This document shows positions 8,994 through 19,670 of a DNA stretch of 64,000 nt, piece by piece. Within the stretch, counting starts at the first letter, position 1. Each line of letters starts with the position of its first letter. The stretch comes from an uncultured Bacilli bacterium (GTDB taxonomy: Bacteria > Bacillota_I > Bacilli_A > RF39 > UBA660): NCBI GenBank assembly GCA_944331915.1, contig CALVIR010000001.1, forward strand, positions 10,851 through 74,850, written 5' to 3'. Made by a program: the position numbers and the translations under genes. The notes below the pieces were generated by a model. The model searched no databases and had not been told where the DNA came from. It worked only from the letters and a program-made list of their open reading frames with translations.

Positions 8994-10142
8994 CTACACC
9001 TCTTCCTTAACATCTATTTTAACAAAATGAATACTATTTATAAAGTCATAATATTTTTCTCTTATCTTAGCTGCTATTTTTAAATTGTAAATTACTCTAA
9101 ACAATACTTGTCTTAACCATTCTATTATTAAACAAGTAATATAGATAAATAAGGCAATTACAATAACATAAATTATAAATCTATATGAATATATTGGCCC
9201 ATTATTTATTTTTAAAGCTTCATATAGTAAAGCTCTAGCAAAATTATTATCATGGATTAAGTAAACTCCAATCGTAAGAAGAGATAATCTATTAATTAGT
9301 TTGCTTTTAATTGATAAAGTTCCAAAGAAAGCGAAATAGGCAATCGTTTGAATAACTACTAATGGATTATTATAAAGAATAGCAATACTTGTAATATAAG
9401 AACTTAACTCATCAATGATAGAATTAATACCAGTCAAAGAAGAAGCATATTTATAAAATACATAGTTTAAGGTAAGAGCTAAGAAAAAGACAAAGATTAA
9501 AACTACTTGATACATTCTCTTAGACATAACTTTAAATATATAACTTTTATCTAATGGATACCTTCTTAAATAAGCTCCAATTAAGTACATATAAATAAAT
9601 TGATATAAAGAGAAACCATTATTCTCAAAGAATTGTCTTCCTGTTATAACCGGAATAATAGAAAAGATTATAAACATCACTAACAAAAGTTTTTGAAAGC
9701 TTTTCTTATCAAAGTTCTTTAACCCTCTATTTATAAAAGGACTTAAACAGTATAATAAGATATAACATTTAATAAACCAATATTCATTTATGTTTATAGG
9801 AAATACTTCTTTAAAGATTGTAACTTTATCTAAAGTAATAATACCTAAAACAAGTAATATCACCATAATAACAATTCGATAAAATAAGCTGGCATTAATA
9901 ATTGACCACAATTTTGATTGTTTAAAATTACTTGTTGACTGATAATAACCAGATAGTAAGACAAACGAATTAACATGAACTAAAGTAAAGAATTCTAAAA
10001 CCTCTAAAATTATCTTTGCTCCTTCATTATAACAGTTTTGTAAAACTAATCCATGATAAATAACATGATACAAGATAATTAAAAACATTGATGTAATACG
10101 CATTAATTCATAGTTAGAGTTTCTCATCTTTACTTTATCCAT
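8994..10142 (-). CDS. Acyltransferase family 3 membrane protein (O-acyltransferase)
   Basis: RNSNYELMRITSMFLIILYHV start, about 10 TMs, and the size typical of Acyl_transf_3. Confidence 0.78.
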   Translation of the reverse strand: MDKVKMRNSNYELMRITSMFLIILYHVIYHGLVLQNCYNEGAKIILEVLEFFTLVHVNSFVLLSGYYQSTSNFKQSKLWSIINASLFYRIVIMVILLVLGIITLDKVTIFKEVFPININEYWFIKCYILLYCLSPFINRGLKNFDKKSFQKLLLVMFIIFSIIPVITGRQFFENNGFSLYQFIYMYLIGAYLRRYPLDKSYIFKVMSKRMYQVVLIFVFFLALTLNYVFYKYASSLTGINSIIDELSSYITSIAILYNNPLVVIQTIAYFAFFGTLSIKSKLINRLSLLTIGVYLIHDNNFARALLYEALKINNGPIYSYRFIIYVIVIALFIYITCLIIEWLRQVLFRVIYNLKIAAKIREKYYDFINSIHFVKIDVKEEV

Positions 10143-10217
10143 ATTCCGTATCCCCCATATCCATACCTTATAAGAATGATATAATATTTTTTGCTATTTG
10201 TAAAGTATTGTAAACAA

Positions 10218-11951
10218 TTATTTAGATTTAACAATATAACTAGCCAATAGTAAAAGTGGTAAACATGCAAAAGCACTATAAATATATCTAAATTCGGCAA
10301 AGACAGGTGTTGCAACCATCATCGTTAACCAAATACCAATAACTGGAACAAAGACATAAAGTGATCTATAATTTTTACGTTTAATCGCTACCATAAAGGC
10401 AATAAAGATTAACCAAATGCCTAAACCAATACTCCAAGAAAAGTTAAGAATAGGAATTTCTTTAGTTGTTAAATGATTAGTTACCTCTTTAACTTTAGCA
10501 GGTAATAAACTACTATCTATCAAACCAAGATCATTTTTATCTATTTTAGTTACTACTGTCCAATAATCAATAGTTGGATACCAATAACCTAAAGTAGATA
10601 TTAAATAAGCTTCACTAGCTACACTAAAATGTTTAAAACATAAACTTGCCCATAATTTTAAATATGTAAGTTTATTCTCTTCAAAAACCTCTTTATTATA
10701 TTCATCATTAAATTTAATACTATCAACAATCTCTGGATTATAAGAATTCCTCAAAGTCTCTAAAGGTATTAATTCATTAATAAGCTCTTCCTCTTCTTCT
10801 GTAAACTCTACTCCTTTATAAGCCATTCTACCTAACTGCTGTAAAGGAATCGCTAAATACTCCGTAGAACTAGAACTTTTAACATTAAAATAACTGTAAA
10901 TTGGTCCTTTAACACCAAAATAAACTACAAAAACAATTAAAAGCATCAAACCAATCGTCTTTATCTGCTTTCTAAAGACTATTAAAGTAATAATTGCCAA
11001 AATAATATACATATAAATAGCATTATTTCTAAAGAAGACGGTTAAAATAGAAATTATAATAAAAGTATAAGAATTTCTAAACGTAATCGTTTTCTTTTCT
11101 AAAAGTTTAACTAATTCCATCGTTAATAATAAAACTAAACCACAAAATATAACATCTTTCCAATTAGAGATACTATAAAAAGCATGAACTGGTAAAATGG
11201 CAAAATATAAAAGAACAAAAAGTAAAATATATTTATTTACTCCTCTTTTATAAAGGAATGATATAAACTTACCAAAGATTAAAGACATAATAATCATCTG
11301 GGTAAGAGTAATTAATGAACAAGCGATAACAGTATTATCAAATAAAGCCATTCCTAATTTATAAGGAATTGTCATAAATAACAAATGAATAACTGTATGA
11401 TGATCACTAATTGTACTAAAATTACTAGCAATCATATTTAACTCAGAAATAGAATCATTTGTAAATAATCCTGGATAATAAATTAAAAAGTATGGTAAGA
11501 AACATAAGAAGATAATTAAACTTGCTCCTAAGAAGACATTAATTTTTCTTTTAAAAGTAAACTTTTTAATAACTTTCGCTTCACATACTACTGGTAAAAC
11601 ATTAATTAGTAACAGGTAAAAAATTGCGGTATAGCCACTAATATAAATAAGGGACTTTAATTTAAATAATTCTCTAAAGACACTATAAGTATCATTATAT
11701 CTAAAGCTATAACAAATCATACCTAATAGATATATAAGAGCAAGAAAAACAGAAAGTAAAAAGGTAAAACGGCCATACTTTTTATTAAATAAATCACTTT
11801 TATAAGCTGCAATAACAAAGATAACAAACACTACTAATAGTAAGACATTAAAGTTAGCGATATAATCTTGATAGATTAAAGTTACATAACTTAATACTCC
11901 CATTAATATAGATATGATGATTTTTTTATTATTTTTTATTAGTTCTTTCAT
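10218..11951 (-). CDS. Polytopic membrane protein, putative GT-C-like glycosyltransferase or polymerase
   Basis: 577 aa, many TMs, and a soluble loop of about 110 aa near the C-terminus. The family was not recognised with certainty. Confidence 0.35.
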   Translation of the reverse strand: MKELIKNNKKIIISILMGVLSYVTLIYQDYIANFNVLLLVVFVIFVIAAYKSDLFNKKYGRFTFLLSVFLALIYLLGMICYSFRYNDTYSVFRELFKLKSLIYISGYTAIFYLLLINVLPVVCEAKVIKKFTFKRKINVFLGASLIIFLCFLPYFLIYYPGLFTNDSISELNMIASNFSTISDHHTVIHLLFMTIPYKLGMALFDNTVIACSLITLTQMIIMSLIFGKFISFLYKRGVNKYILLFVLLYFAILPVHAFYSISNWKDVIFCGLVLLLTMELVKLLEKKTITFRNSYTFIIISILTVFFRNNAIYMYIILAIITLIVFRKQIKTIGLMLLIVFVVYFGVKGPIYSYFNVKSSSSTEYLAIPLQQLGRMAYKGVEFTEEEEELINELIPLETLRNSYNPEIVDSIKFNDEYNKEVFEENKLTYLKLWASLCFKHFSVASEAYLISTLGYWYPTIDYWTVVTKIDKNDLGLIDSSLLPAKVKEVTNHLTTKEIPILNFSWSIGLGIWLIFIAFMVAIKRKNYRSLYVFVPVIGIWLTMMVATPVFAEFRYIYSAFACLPLLLLASYIVKSK

Positions 11952-13110
11952 CTTTATTCATTCCCAAAACTTTTCTAATATTTTCAACATATCTATATCT
12001 CTTAGAATTATATATAGCCGTTAAGTTATCTTTTAATTCTTTCGCTTCATGTTTATATTTATCACAAAGTATATTTGTCTTTTCATATTCCTCTTTATAG
12101 TAATTACGTTGATATTGTAATTCTTCTACTGTAAAGTACAAACTTTCCGCTTGTCTTTTTAAGTCTTTAACTTTATCTTCTTTATATTTCTCAAACTCTA
12201 TATCTTTAACTTTTAAAGATTCAGCATTATTAACAAAGTCCTGACATTTTTTAATTAAGTCTTCTCGATATTTTAAGTAATGAGTAGGATTACTTAATGG
12301 TTTATCTATATATTCTAGTAATTTAGAGTCTTTCAAGCATTCACTTTTCGTAATAGAGTTACACATTTTAGAATACAAATTCATTCTATTAACAACATCT
12401 TGATTATTATCATCATAGATTAAAAGAACAGGCTCTTCTATAGCAAGACAAGGTAGGCATGAATGTAATCTGCTTGTAATAACACATCTAGCTTGTTGAT
12501 ATTTTCTAAGAAGTTTATGTACATTTTCCAGTCTCTCTTCTAAACTAAGCTTAGAGTTTTTCTTGCCATCAAGATCATGACAAATCTCTACTACTTTTAA
12601 ATTAGTATGTTCTTTTATTCTCTTTACAATTTTCTCATCCAAATCAACGACACAAATATAATTTTGTTTTTTAACATTCTCTTCTTTAGGAATTGTTAAA
12701 GTCATACAACCAGAAAAATAATTTTTAACCTCATCTTCATCTAAATATTTTTTTACAAGATCATCTCTCAATCCAATTGGTTCATATTTTTTTAACCAAG
12801 AAGTTGCTAAACCTTTTAGATAAGTTGGTCCATTAATCTCCGTATTCCGAAAATGCATAGAAACAGGTAAAGGATTAATATAAGGTGAAGGTGGAAAACA
12901 AGATCTATTACTTAACCACCAACCATTCATAATACAGTTAACAGTTTCTTTATCATCTGAAACAAAAGAATCTACCTCTTCTCTATCTATAATGTAATCA
13001 ATATGAGGTAAAAAACGACTAGCCGCATAACTTTGGACATCATCACCAATATTATCTGTATTTTTAAAAACAATCAAGCCAAATTTAGGTTCATTCTTCT
13101 TCATCTTCAT
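11929..13110 (-). CDS. Polysaccharide pyruvyl transferase family protein with a C-terminal coiled coil of about 100 aa
   Basis: NTDNIGDDVQ near the N-terminus and ITSRLHSCLPCLAIEEPVLLI resemble PS_pyruv_trans motifs. The C-terminus is rich in heptad-like K/E repeats. Confidence 0.6.
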   Translation of the reverse strand: MKMKKNEPKFGLIVFKNTDNIGDDVQSYAASRFLPHIDYIIDREEVDSFVSDDKETVNCIMNGWWLSNRSCFPPSPYINPLPVSMHFRNTEINGPTYLKGLATSWLKKYEPIGLRDDLVKKYLDEDEVKNYFSGCMTLTIPKEENVKKQNYICVVDLDEKIVKRIKEHTNLKVVEICHDLDGKKNSKLSLEERLENVHKLLRKYQQARCVITSRLHSCLPCLAIEEPVLLIYDDNNQDVVNRMNLYSKMCNSITKSECLKDSKLLEYIDKPLSNPTHYLKYREDLIKKCQDFVNNAESLKVKDIEFEKYKEDKVKDLKRQAESLYFTVEELQYQRNYYKEEYEKTNILCDKYKHEAKELKDNLTAIYNSKRYRYVENIRKVLGMNKDERTNKK

Positions 13111-13115
13111 TCTCC

Positions 13116-15119
13116 TTAATCACCATAATAAATAATAGGTGGTGTTAACTTATGATAATTATCACTCTTCCTAGCCTTCTTAATAAATTTAACTAAATCC
13201 CCTTTTTCAAAAGCTTTATTACGTTTTATAATATAATTTTTTAAATCTTGATCATGTAAAGACTCTATTCTTTGTTTATAAAGATCATTATTAAAAATAT
13301 CAAGAACTATATCTTTTAAGTTTTTATAAATATAATTAACATATTCATCAATAAATTCATCACTAACTGTATATAGTTGATTGATAATATAATCTTCAAT
13401 TCGCCAAGAATATGTATAATATTTAAATTTATCTTTTGAAACATTTAAATAGTCTTCATATTTTTCTAATCTCTCACTCACTTTTTTCAAGATATCAATC
13501 ATACTAAAACCAGGTTTAGTTCTATTAATAGAATTACTTCTAATATAGTATTCGTAATAAGGCTTATTAATATACTTAATAGTTTCTGCTTTTAACATAA
13601 TAAATGGATTTGTACTTAAGTCTTCAAATTTATCTTCTATATAAGTAATAGCTAAATCTTGATATAAAGATTTTTTAATAATCTTATTACAAGTTGAAGG
13701 CATAATCGTTGTATATAACAGTCCTTCATAACGGTTTATATCATTGAAGACATAATCTATTGCTGCTGTTTCATATTTATTATCATCAGTTACTGTTAAC
13801 CAATCACACATAACTATATCAACATCTTTTTCTAAATAAGGTAAAGCCTTAGTAAAGAAATCTATATTAATCGTATCATCTGAATCAATTGACGCAATAT
13901 ATTTACCCTTCGCTTCTTTTAAACCTACATTTCTAACATTACCGAGCCCATGATTTTCTTGTTTAATATATCTAATCAAGTCTTTATATTTTTCAAGGTA
14001 TTCTAAAATAATTTTTTCACTATTATCAGTAGAACCATCATTAATAACGAGTATTTCCATATCTTTAACAGAAGCATTAATAATAGAGTCAAGCGACTTA
14101 GCTAAATATTTTTCAGTATTATAAACAGGTACAACTACTGTCATTAGTAATTCATCTTTATTATCGCTTTTTTTAGTTTCTTCTCTAAGTCCTAAAAACT
14201 CTTCTACACTCTCTTTACTTTTCTTAACATAATCTTTTCTAAACTTTAAATACTCTTTAAGTATTTTATCTCTATTTTTAAGGGCTTCTTTTATTTTCAA
14301 AGCAATATAATCAATACTATCATCACTTTTAACTACTAGCATCTCTTTTAAGCACTTATAATCATCTAGTATTTCCATATTTCCAATAAGACAAGGAATA
14401 CCTTTATCCATACTTTTAAGGAAAACAGTCTTATTATTAGCAGCAAAGTTAATATAAAGATTTATTTTATTATCATATAAATCATTACTATTACTAACTG
14501 TTTCATAGTTAACATTAAAAGTTCTTAAGAATTTTTTTGTTGTCTTTGAAGGATTATATATTTTAGCTTTAATTTCATCATCTAGTAATTTTATGGCGCT
14601 AAGTTCATTATAAAAACTATGCTTCGGATCTTCTTGATTATTTAATAGTCCAACAGTCTTCTCTTCTACCTCTAATTTAGCATTTTCTTCTTTTTCTACA
14701 TCAAGAAGAAGGTATTTAACCTTATCTTTTTTCTTTAAAGTCTCATACAAACCTCTATCTAATAAACCAATAGTTCCTTCATATTTCTTAGCTAACTCTC
14801 TAATCTGTAAAAAAATATCATAAATAAATCTATCAGTCAAAGATCCAAGTGACTTAGTAAAAATAAAGTCCATCTCCGGTTCTTTTTGCAAGCTATCAAT
14901 AAGTTGAACATATTCTACTTGATAATCAACAAAAATTAATTTCTTAAAGTTATTTCTATTAATGAACTCCCTCATGAAATCTACATCATCTAAGTTATTA
15001 TTCATGAGTATAACATTTTTAAAAGTATAGTTAAATGCCTCCAACAACTCCTTACTCATAAAAGGAACTATAACTAAATATTTTTTATTATATATTAAAT
15101 CTAAACTCTTCTCTATCAT
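13116..15119 (-). CDS. Two-domain glycosyltransferase (N-terminal GT-B-like domain, C-terminal GT2)
   Basis: The C-terminal half carries VVVPVYNTEKYL, VINDGSTDNS and IDSDDT. The N-terminal half has GIPCLIGN, resembling the GT4 E-x7-E region. Confidence 0.75.
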   Translation of the reverse strand: MIEKSLDLIYNKKYLVIVPFMSKELLEAFNYTFKNVILMNNNLDDVDFMREFINRNNFKKLIFVDYQVEYVQLIDSLQKEPEMDFIFTKSLGSLTDRFIYDIFLQIRELAKKYEGTIGLLDRGLYETLKKKDKVKYLLLDVEKEENAKLEVEEKTVGLLNNQEDPKHSFYNELSAIKLLDDEIKAKIYNPSKTTKKFLRTFNVNYETVSNSNDLYDNKINLYINFAANNKTVFLKSMDKGIPCLIGNMEILDDYKCLKEMLVVKSDDSIDYIALKIKEALKNRDKILKEYLKFRKDYVKKSKESVEEFLGLREETKKSDNKDELLMTVVVPVYNTEKYLAKSLDSIINASVKDMEILVINDGSTDNSEKIILEYLEKYKDLIRYIKQENHGLGNVRNVGLKEAKGKYIASIDSDDTINIDFFTKALPYLEKDVDIVMCDWLTVTDDNKYETAAIDYVFNDINRYEGLLYTTIMPSTCNKIIKKSLYQDLAITYIEDKFEDLSTNPFIMLKAETIKYINKPYYEYYIRSNSINRTKPGFSMIDILKKVSERLEKYEDYLNVSKDKFKYYTYSWRIEDYIINQLYTVSDEFIDEYVNYIYKNLKDIVLDIFNNDLYKQRIESLHDQDLKNYIIKRNKAFEKGDLVKFIKKARKSDNYHKLTPPIIYYGD

Positions 15120-15127
15120 ACATTCAC

Positions 15128-16942
15128 CTACATTCTAAGAAAGTCATCTATATCTTTTTTCGCTTGTTCTAAATTATCTTTAGAAAACTTTTTATATAAT
15201 TTAAGCACCTCATCTTGAAAAGCAAGAGATTTATCAATCTTCTCTTTTATCTCAAGAGGATTCTCTTCATTATTAACAACTAAATACTCTTCTAATGGTC
15301 CATCTTTAAAGTAATGATGATTATTACCAGTAATACAAGGAACACCCATTTCTAAGCTTTCTAATGGTAACATAGGAGCACATTCTGAAAAAGTAACATA
15401 CAAGTTAATATCGTTTAAAGACATTCTTTCTATTAACTCTTCTCTTTTTAAGGAATTATTAACTCCCTCTATTTTTACTCCTACAATATTGGCAAACTCT
15501 ATCGCTTCCTCATTTAAAGGTACCATATCAATAACAGCATTATCAATCAAGGAAGCTGCTGCAATTTGGGTAAACATATTCTTCCGCCAATCATCACACT
15601 TTGCCGCATATAAACCAATTCTAATTTCTTTACTATTTTTCTTCTTCAATGGTTTAATCTCTGTAGTAACTTTATTAGTAATAAATTTAGCTTTATAACC
15701 TTCTTTTAAATAAAAGTTTAACAAACTCTCTTTACAAGTTGCCATAACACTAATAATTCCTTTTTTATGAAGATTAATTATCTCTAAATTACGTTCAAAA
15801 CCATATGAATCTAATATTTGTGAATGACTTCCATGCCAATAAGTTTTTAATTTTAAACTAGGATCTTCTTCTTTTAAATATTTAGCTAAATCTTTATACC
15901 CTTTAGCAAAAGAACTAAAAACTACTTGTTTAATACTCGTATTAGTAATCGCATCCCCTATTCTCTTAATATCTTGTTTACGATATATTTCTCCACAATC
16001 TACTGTATTTTCAAACAATTCTTTAGTTGCACTCGTAACTCCTAACCAATCTTTATTATGGAAAACAATATAAGGAGCATTTTTCGCCGCTAAAACATTT
16101 ATTGCTTTAATAGTATTATCAATTCTCTCTAAATATTTATCATCTATTAACAATTTCTTTCTTTTATTATTTCTATATATAACAACCGGAAACAAAACTA
16201 CTTTCGCACCTTTTCTTATTATATCTTTAGTTTTTCTATAGTAATGAAGAATAGCAAAAGTCTTCTTACGTCCTATCTTTCTTACCATATTAGTTTCAAT
16301 TCTCTCTTTTAAAGGAATCCAACTAGCATCATAATAGTGAATCATACATGTATTATCTGTAAAGATATTATTAGTCCTATCATATGAATATGGATAGAAA
16401 TAATCTCTTGGATAAATATATATTCCATCTCCTAAGATTTGAATTTCTTTACTGCCTTTTTTTAGTCCTAATGGATCTAAGATAGAACTTAATAGTTTAG
16501 GAATTGCATAGTTAGATATATTCTCAACATCAAAATGGGGAATAGCTTGATAAGTTTCTAGTAATTTCGTTGGTAACAAGGCATTTTCTTTATTTTCATA
16601 CCAAACTCCAACAGCAACATAACCTGTATCTTCTATTCCTAAAAAGGTATTACCTGTCTCTAATAATTTAGTAATATCTTTAATTACCTCCATATCAGTA
16701 TCAAAGTAGATACCCCCATACTCTTTTAAAGCTTTCGCTCTAGCATAGTCAGCCACAAAAGCCCATTTCTTATTTTCATAAGCTTCCTTTACAAATGGAC
16801 ACTCATCTAAATCAACATTTTCTTCTGACCATTTCATAATAGTAAAATCAGGCAAATATTTCTGCCAACTCTTTAAGCATTTTTCTGCTAACTTTGGAAA
16901 AGGTTTATCACCAAACCAACAATAATGAATATATTTCTTCAT
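15128..16942 (-). CDS. Two-domain glycosyltransferase (N-terminal GT32/Gly_transf_sug-like, C-terminal GT-B/GT4-like)
   Basis: IHYCWFGDKP...SW.KYLPD, YARAKALKEYGGIYFDTDMEV (DXD), and C-terminal LESLEMGVPCITGN. Confidence 0.75.
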   Translation of the reverse strand: MKKYIHYCWFGDKPFPKLAEKCLKSWQKYLPDFTIMKWSEENVDLDECPFVKEAYENKKWAFVADYARAKALKEYGGIYFDTDMEVIKDITKLLETGNTFLGIEDTGYVAVGVWYENKENALLPTKLLETYQAIPHFDVENISNYAIPKLLSSILDPLGLKKGSKEIQILGDGIYIYPRDYFYPYSYDRTNNIFTDNTCMIHYYDASWIPLKERIETNMVRKIGRKKTFAILHYYRKTKDIIRKGAKVVLFPVVIYRNNKRKKLLIDDKYLERIDNTIKAINVLAAKNAPYIVFHNKDWLGVTSATKELFENTVDCGEIYRKQDIKRIGDAITNTSIKQVVFSSFAKGYKDLAKYLKEEDPSLKLKTYWHGSHSQILDSYGFERNLEIINLHKKGIISVMATCKESLLNFYLKEGYKAKFITNKVTTEIKPLKKKNSKEIRIGLYAAKCDDWRKNMFTQIAAASLIDNAVIDMVPLNEEAIEFANIVGVKIEGVNNSLKREELIERMSLNDINLYVTFSECAPMLPLESLEMGVPCITGNNHHYFKDGPLEEYLVVNNEENPLEIKEKIDKSLAFQDEVLKLYKKFSKDNLEQAKKDIDDFLRM

Positions 16943-17032
16943 ATAAATACCTCGTACTTTCTTCCTGTTCTAAACATTTCCATTATAACAAAGATAAAAT
17001 TCTTTTACAACAAAAGAGAAAAATAAGAAAAG

Positions 17033-17062
17033 AAAAAACACCTGTTCTCAAAAGAACAAGTG
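17033..17062 (-). terminator. Intrinsic terminator of the 142-aa gene
   Basis: Minus-strand CACUUGUUCU-UUUG-AGAACAGGUG (one G-U pair) followed by U6. It separates this gene from the 14-kb operon starting at 16942. Confidence 0.7.
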
Positions 17063-17081
17063 CAAGCCAAATATTTAAAGA

Positions 17082-17510
17082 CTAGTCACAATAGTCATCT
17101 ATAGTAATATCTTTATTACCAATAACGATAAAGTTACAATCTTTATCATAAAGTCGTTGATAATCTATTATAGTAAAATCTTTATATTGATATAAAACAC
17201 TACCACCATCCCAATATTCTGTCTTTTTATCAGCATTGTTTAATATTTCCTCAAAATCAACAACGTTCTCCTTAATCGCATCATCTAATTTATATACTTT
17301 TCCATTTTTCTTTATTGAAATATCATTAATACAATCAATATAAACATCTTTACCATCATAATTAAAAGAATATTCTTTTCCATCACAGTTATTATTACTT
17401 TCTACTAAAATCTCATATAATGATCTATCAAAAAAGTAAAAACCTATAACACCTACTACAACCAAAACAATAATTATTACCATAATTTTACATACTAAAC
17501 TTTTTTTCAT
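17082..17510 (-). CDS. Hypothetical membrane-anchored, Cys-containing small protein
   Basis: N-terminal TM followed by an extracytoplasmic domain of about 110 aa. No family was recognised. Confidence 0.5.
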   Translation of the reverse strand: MKKSLVCKIMVIIIVLVVVGVIGFYFFDRSLYEILVESNNNCDGKEYSFNYDGKDVYIDCINDISIKKNGKVYKLDDAIKENVVDFEEILNNADKKTEYWDGGSVLYQYKDFTIIDYQRLYDKDCNFIVIGNKDITIDDYCD

Positions 17511-17656
17511 TCTAAATATTACCCTTCATATATTAATATAATTATAAAGATTTATAATATAAGATATCAGTAAATTAACTATTTTAAGAAAAACATTCTT
17601 CTACTTATACTCTTATTATTTAAATGATAATGAATAATGAATCATAAATAGAATAG

Positions 17657-17724
17657 GCACTCAATCTCAAAGATTAAGTGCTTCCACAAAACGGTGAGTA
17701 CTCAACCTACGATGTTAAGTATTC
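17657..17724 (-). terminator. Two tandem, sequence-related hairpins downstream of tagH
   Basis: Hairpins at 17696-17724 and 17657-17681 pair perfectly only as minus-strand RNA (U-G wobbles). Each is followed by U-rich sequence. Confidence 0.55.
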
Positions 17725-17822
17725 CATTTTTTATTTTATGTAAATTTTCTTTACATATTCATAGTAACATAATAAAAGAATTTTGACAAGATATTGTCAC
17801 TATCTCTATCCCAATACCCTCT

Positions 17823-18581
17823 TTAATCCTTTAAATCTTTTCCCATTTGTTTTTTATAATATTCTTTACAAATTTTATCAGTTTCTCCAATTTTAACAAC
17901 TTTACCATGTTCAAGCCAAACAACTCTATTACATAATTCCATAATTGATGATAAGTCATGAGAAACATAAAGAACTGTTGTTCCTCCTTTAATCATTTCC
18001 ATCATTTTATTTTTACTTTTCTCTTGGAACTTAATATCCCCAACTGATAAAATTTCATCAACAATTAAAATCTCAGGATTAACAACTGTCGCGATAGAAA
18101 AGGCAAGTTTAGCAACCATACCAGAAGAAAAGTTTCTAACTGGTGCATCCAAGAAATCTTTTAACTCAGAAAACTCTACAATTTCATCAAATTTCTCATC
18201 TAAAAACTCTTTAGAATATCCTAAAATTGAACCATTAAGATAAATGTTTTCTCTTGCTGTTAATTCCGCATCAAAACCAGCTCCAAGCTCAATCATAGGA
18301 GAAATAACTCCATTAACTGTAACTTTACCTTTTGTAGGTTTTAATACTCCACTAACTACTTTTAATAAGGTACTCTTACCAGCTCCATTGCTCCCAATCA
18401 AACCAATAACCTCACCTTTTTTAACCTCAAAAGAAACATCACTAAGGGCCCAAAAAACATCTTTTTTATTTTTCTTTTTTCTCTTCTTAGGACTAAAGAA
18501 ATTAATAAAAGCTTGTTTAATCGAAAACTCTTTTTCTATCCCTAAATTAAATTTCATCGAAACATGCTCTAATTTAATCAT
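17823..18581 (-). CDS. tagH: Teichoic-acid/polysaccharide export ABC transporter ATP-binding protein (TagH/Wzt type, no C-terminal carbohydrate-binding module)
   Basis: The KEFSIKQAF..FF leader is typical of TagH/Wzt. Walker A GSNGAGKST, signature FSSGM, Walker B ILIVDE. Confidence 0.85.
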   Translation of the reverse strand: MIKLEHVSMKFNLGIEKEFSIKQAFINFFSPKKRKKKNKKDVFWALSDVSFEVKKGEVIGLIGSNGAGKSTLLKVVSGVLKPTKGKVTVNGVISPMIELGAGFDAELTARENIYLNGSILGYSKEFLDEKFDEIVEFSELKDFLDAPVRNFSSGMVAKLAFSIATVVNPEILIVDEILSVGDIKFQEKSKNKMMEMIKGGTTVLYVSHDLSSIMELCNRVVWLEHGKVVKIGETDKICKEYYKKQMGKDLKD

Positions 18582-18593
18582 CTAAAAAACCTC

Positions 18594-19406
18594 CTAAATA
18601 TAATATATAAACTTATCTTGATTCTTCTTAAAGATAATCGCTCCAATTAGTAATGTACCCACTCCTAAAAGTCCTACAACAGCAAGGGTAAGAAGAGACG
18701 GACAATTACCATAAAGAACAATTTCTCTTACGGCCGTTATAAATTGATATAAAGGATTAAATTTAAATAAAGTTTGCAGAGAAGCTGGTAATATTTCAAT
18801 ACTATAGAATACTGGTGTAAAGTAATTCCAAATTGTTAAGATAATACCATATATATAGAAAACATCTCTTAAGAATACAGAAATACATGAAAGAAACATC
18901 CCAATACCAACGGTAAATAAGAAGAAACATAAGAAGATATATGGTATTAGTAAGTAATACCAGTTAATAGAAGCTGGGTAAGTTCCAAGACCAAACTGGG
19001 TTAATATTATTAAAATAGCCCAAGGTATTAAAGTCATAACAAAGTTAATCCCCACAAAGATACATTTAGCGATAGGAAAAATGTATTTAGGAATATAAAC
19101 TTTACTGATTAAAGCAAAGTTACTAACTACTGAGGTCATGGCATTATTAGTCGCTTCACTAAAGTATTGAAACATAATAGTACCTGTCATCAAATAAACA
19201 AGATAATTAACCCCTTCAACACTAAATCTAAACATCTGTGAAAAGACCATTGCCATAACTGCAACCATTAATACGGGATATAATAAACTCCAAACAACAC
19301 CTAAGACTGATCTTTTATATTTTACTTTAAAGTCTCTAGTTATTAACTGTTGCATTAAAAACTGATATTTTTTAAAATTGTACCAAATATTTTTTAAACT
19401 TGTCAT
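18594..19406 (-). CDS. tagG: ABC-2 type polysaccharide/teichoic-acid export permease (TagG/Wzm type)
   Basis: LITRDFKVKYKRSVLGVVWSLL signature, six TMs, adjacent to tagH. Confidence 0.85.
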   Translation of the reverse strand: MTSLKNIWYNFKKYQFLMQQLITRDFKVKYKRSVLGVVWSLLYPVLMVAVMAMVFSQMFRFSVEGVNYLVYLMTGTIMFQYFSEATNNAMTSVVSNFALISKVYIPKYIFPIAKCIFVGINFVMTLIPWAILIILTQFGLGTYPASINWYYLLIPYIFLCFFLFTVGIGMFLSCISVFLRDVFYIYGIILTIWNYFTPVFYSIEILPASLQTLFKFNPLYQFITAVREIVLYGNCPSLLTLAVVGLLGVGTLLIGAIIFKKNQDKFIYYI

Positions 19407-19670
19407 TTTCTACTCCTTCTTTAATTATCATTATCAAAACTATTAAAGCTATTACTAATTTTAGCAAATAATAAGTAAAAATTCAATTATTGGACAAGTA
19501 TTTTTATGATTTAGTACTACAAGTACCAAAAAAGTGCAGTTTTTTTACAAACCACACCCTTAGATATTTACTTTTAATACTCCAATCTTATTTAATGTTA
19601 TAGTTGCTGTTCACATGCCTCATTAATTCAGTCATCATTCTAGGTAATACATTCCCTAGCCTGATGACAT

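Noticed and set aside
10130-10315. 61-aa ORF bridging the acyltransferase start and the end of the upstream membrane-protein gene.
   Set aside because: It overlaps both neighbours, has no RBS, and its composition is typical of an out-of-frame read of membrane-protein codons.
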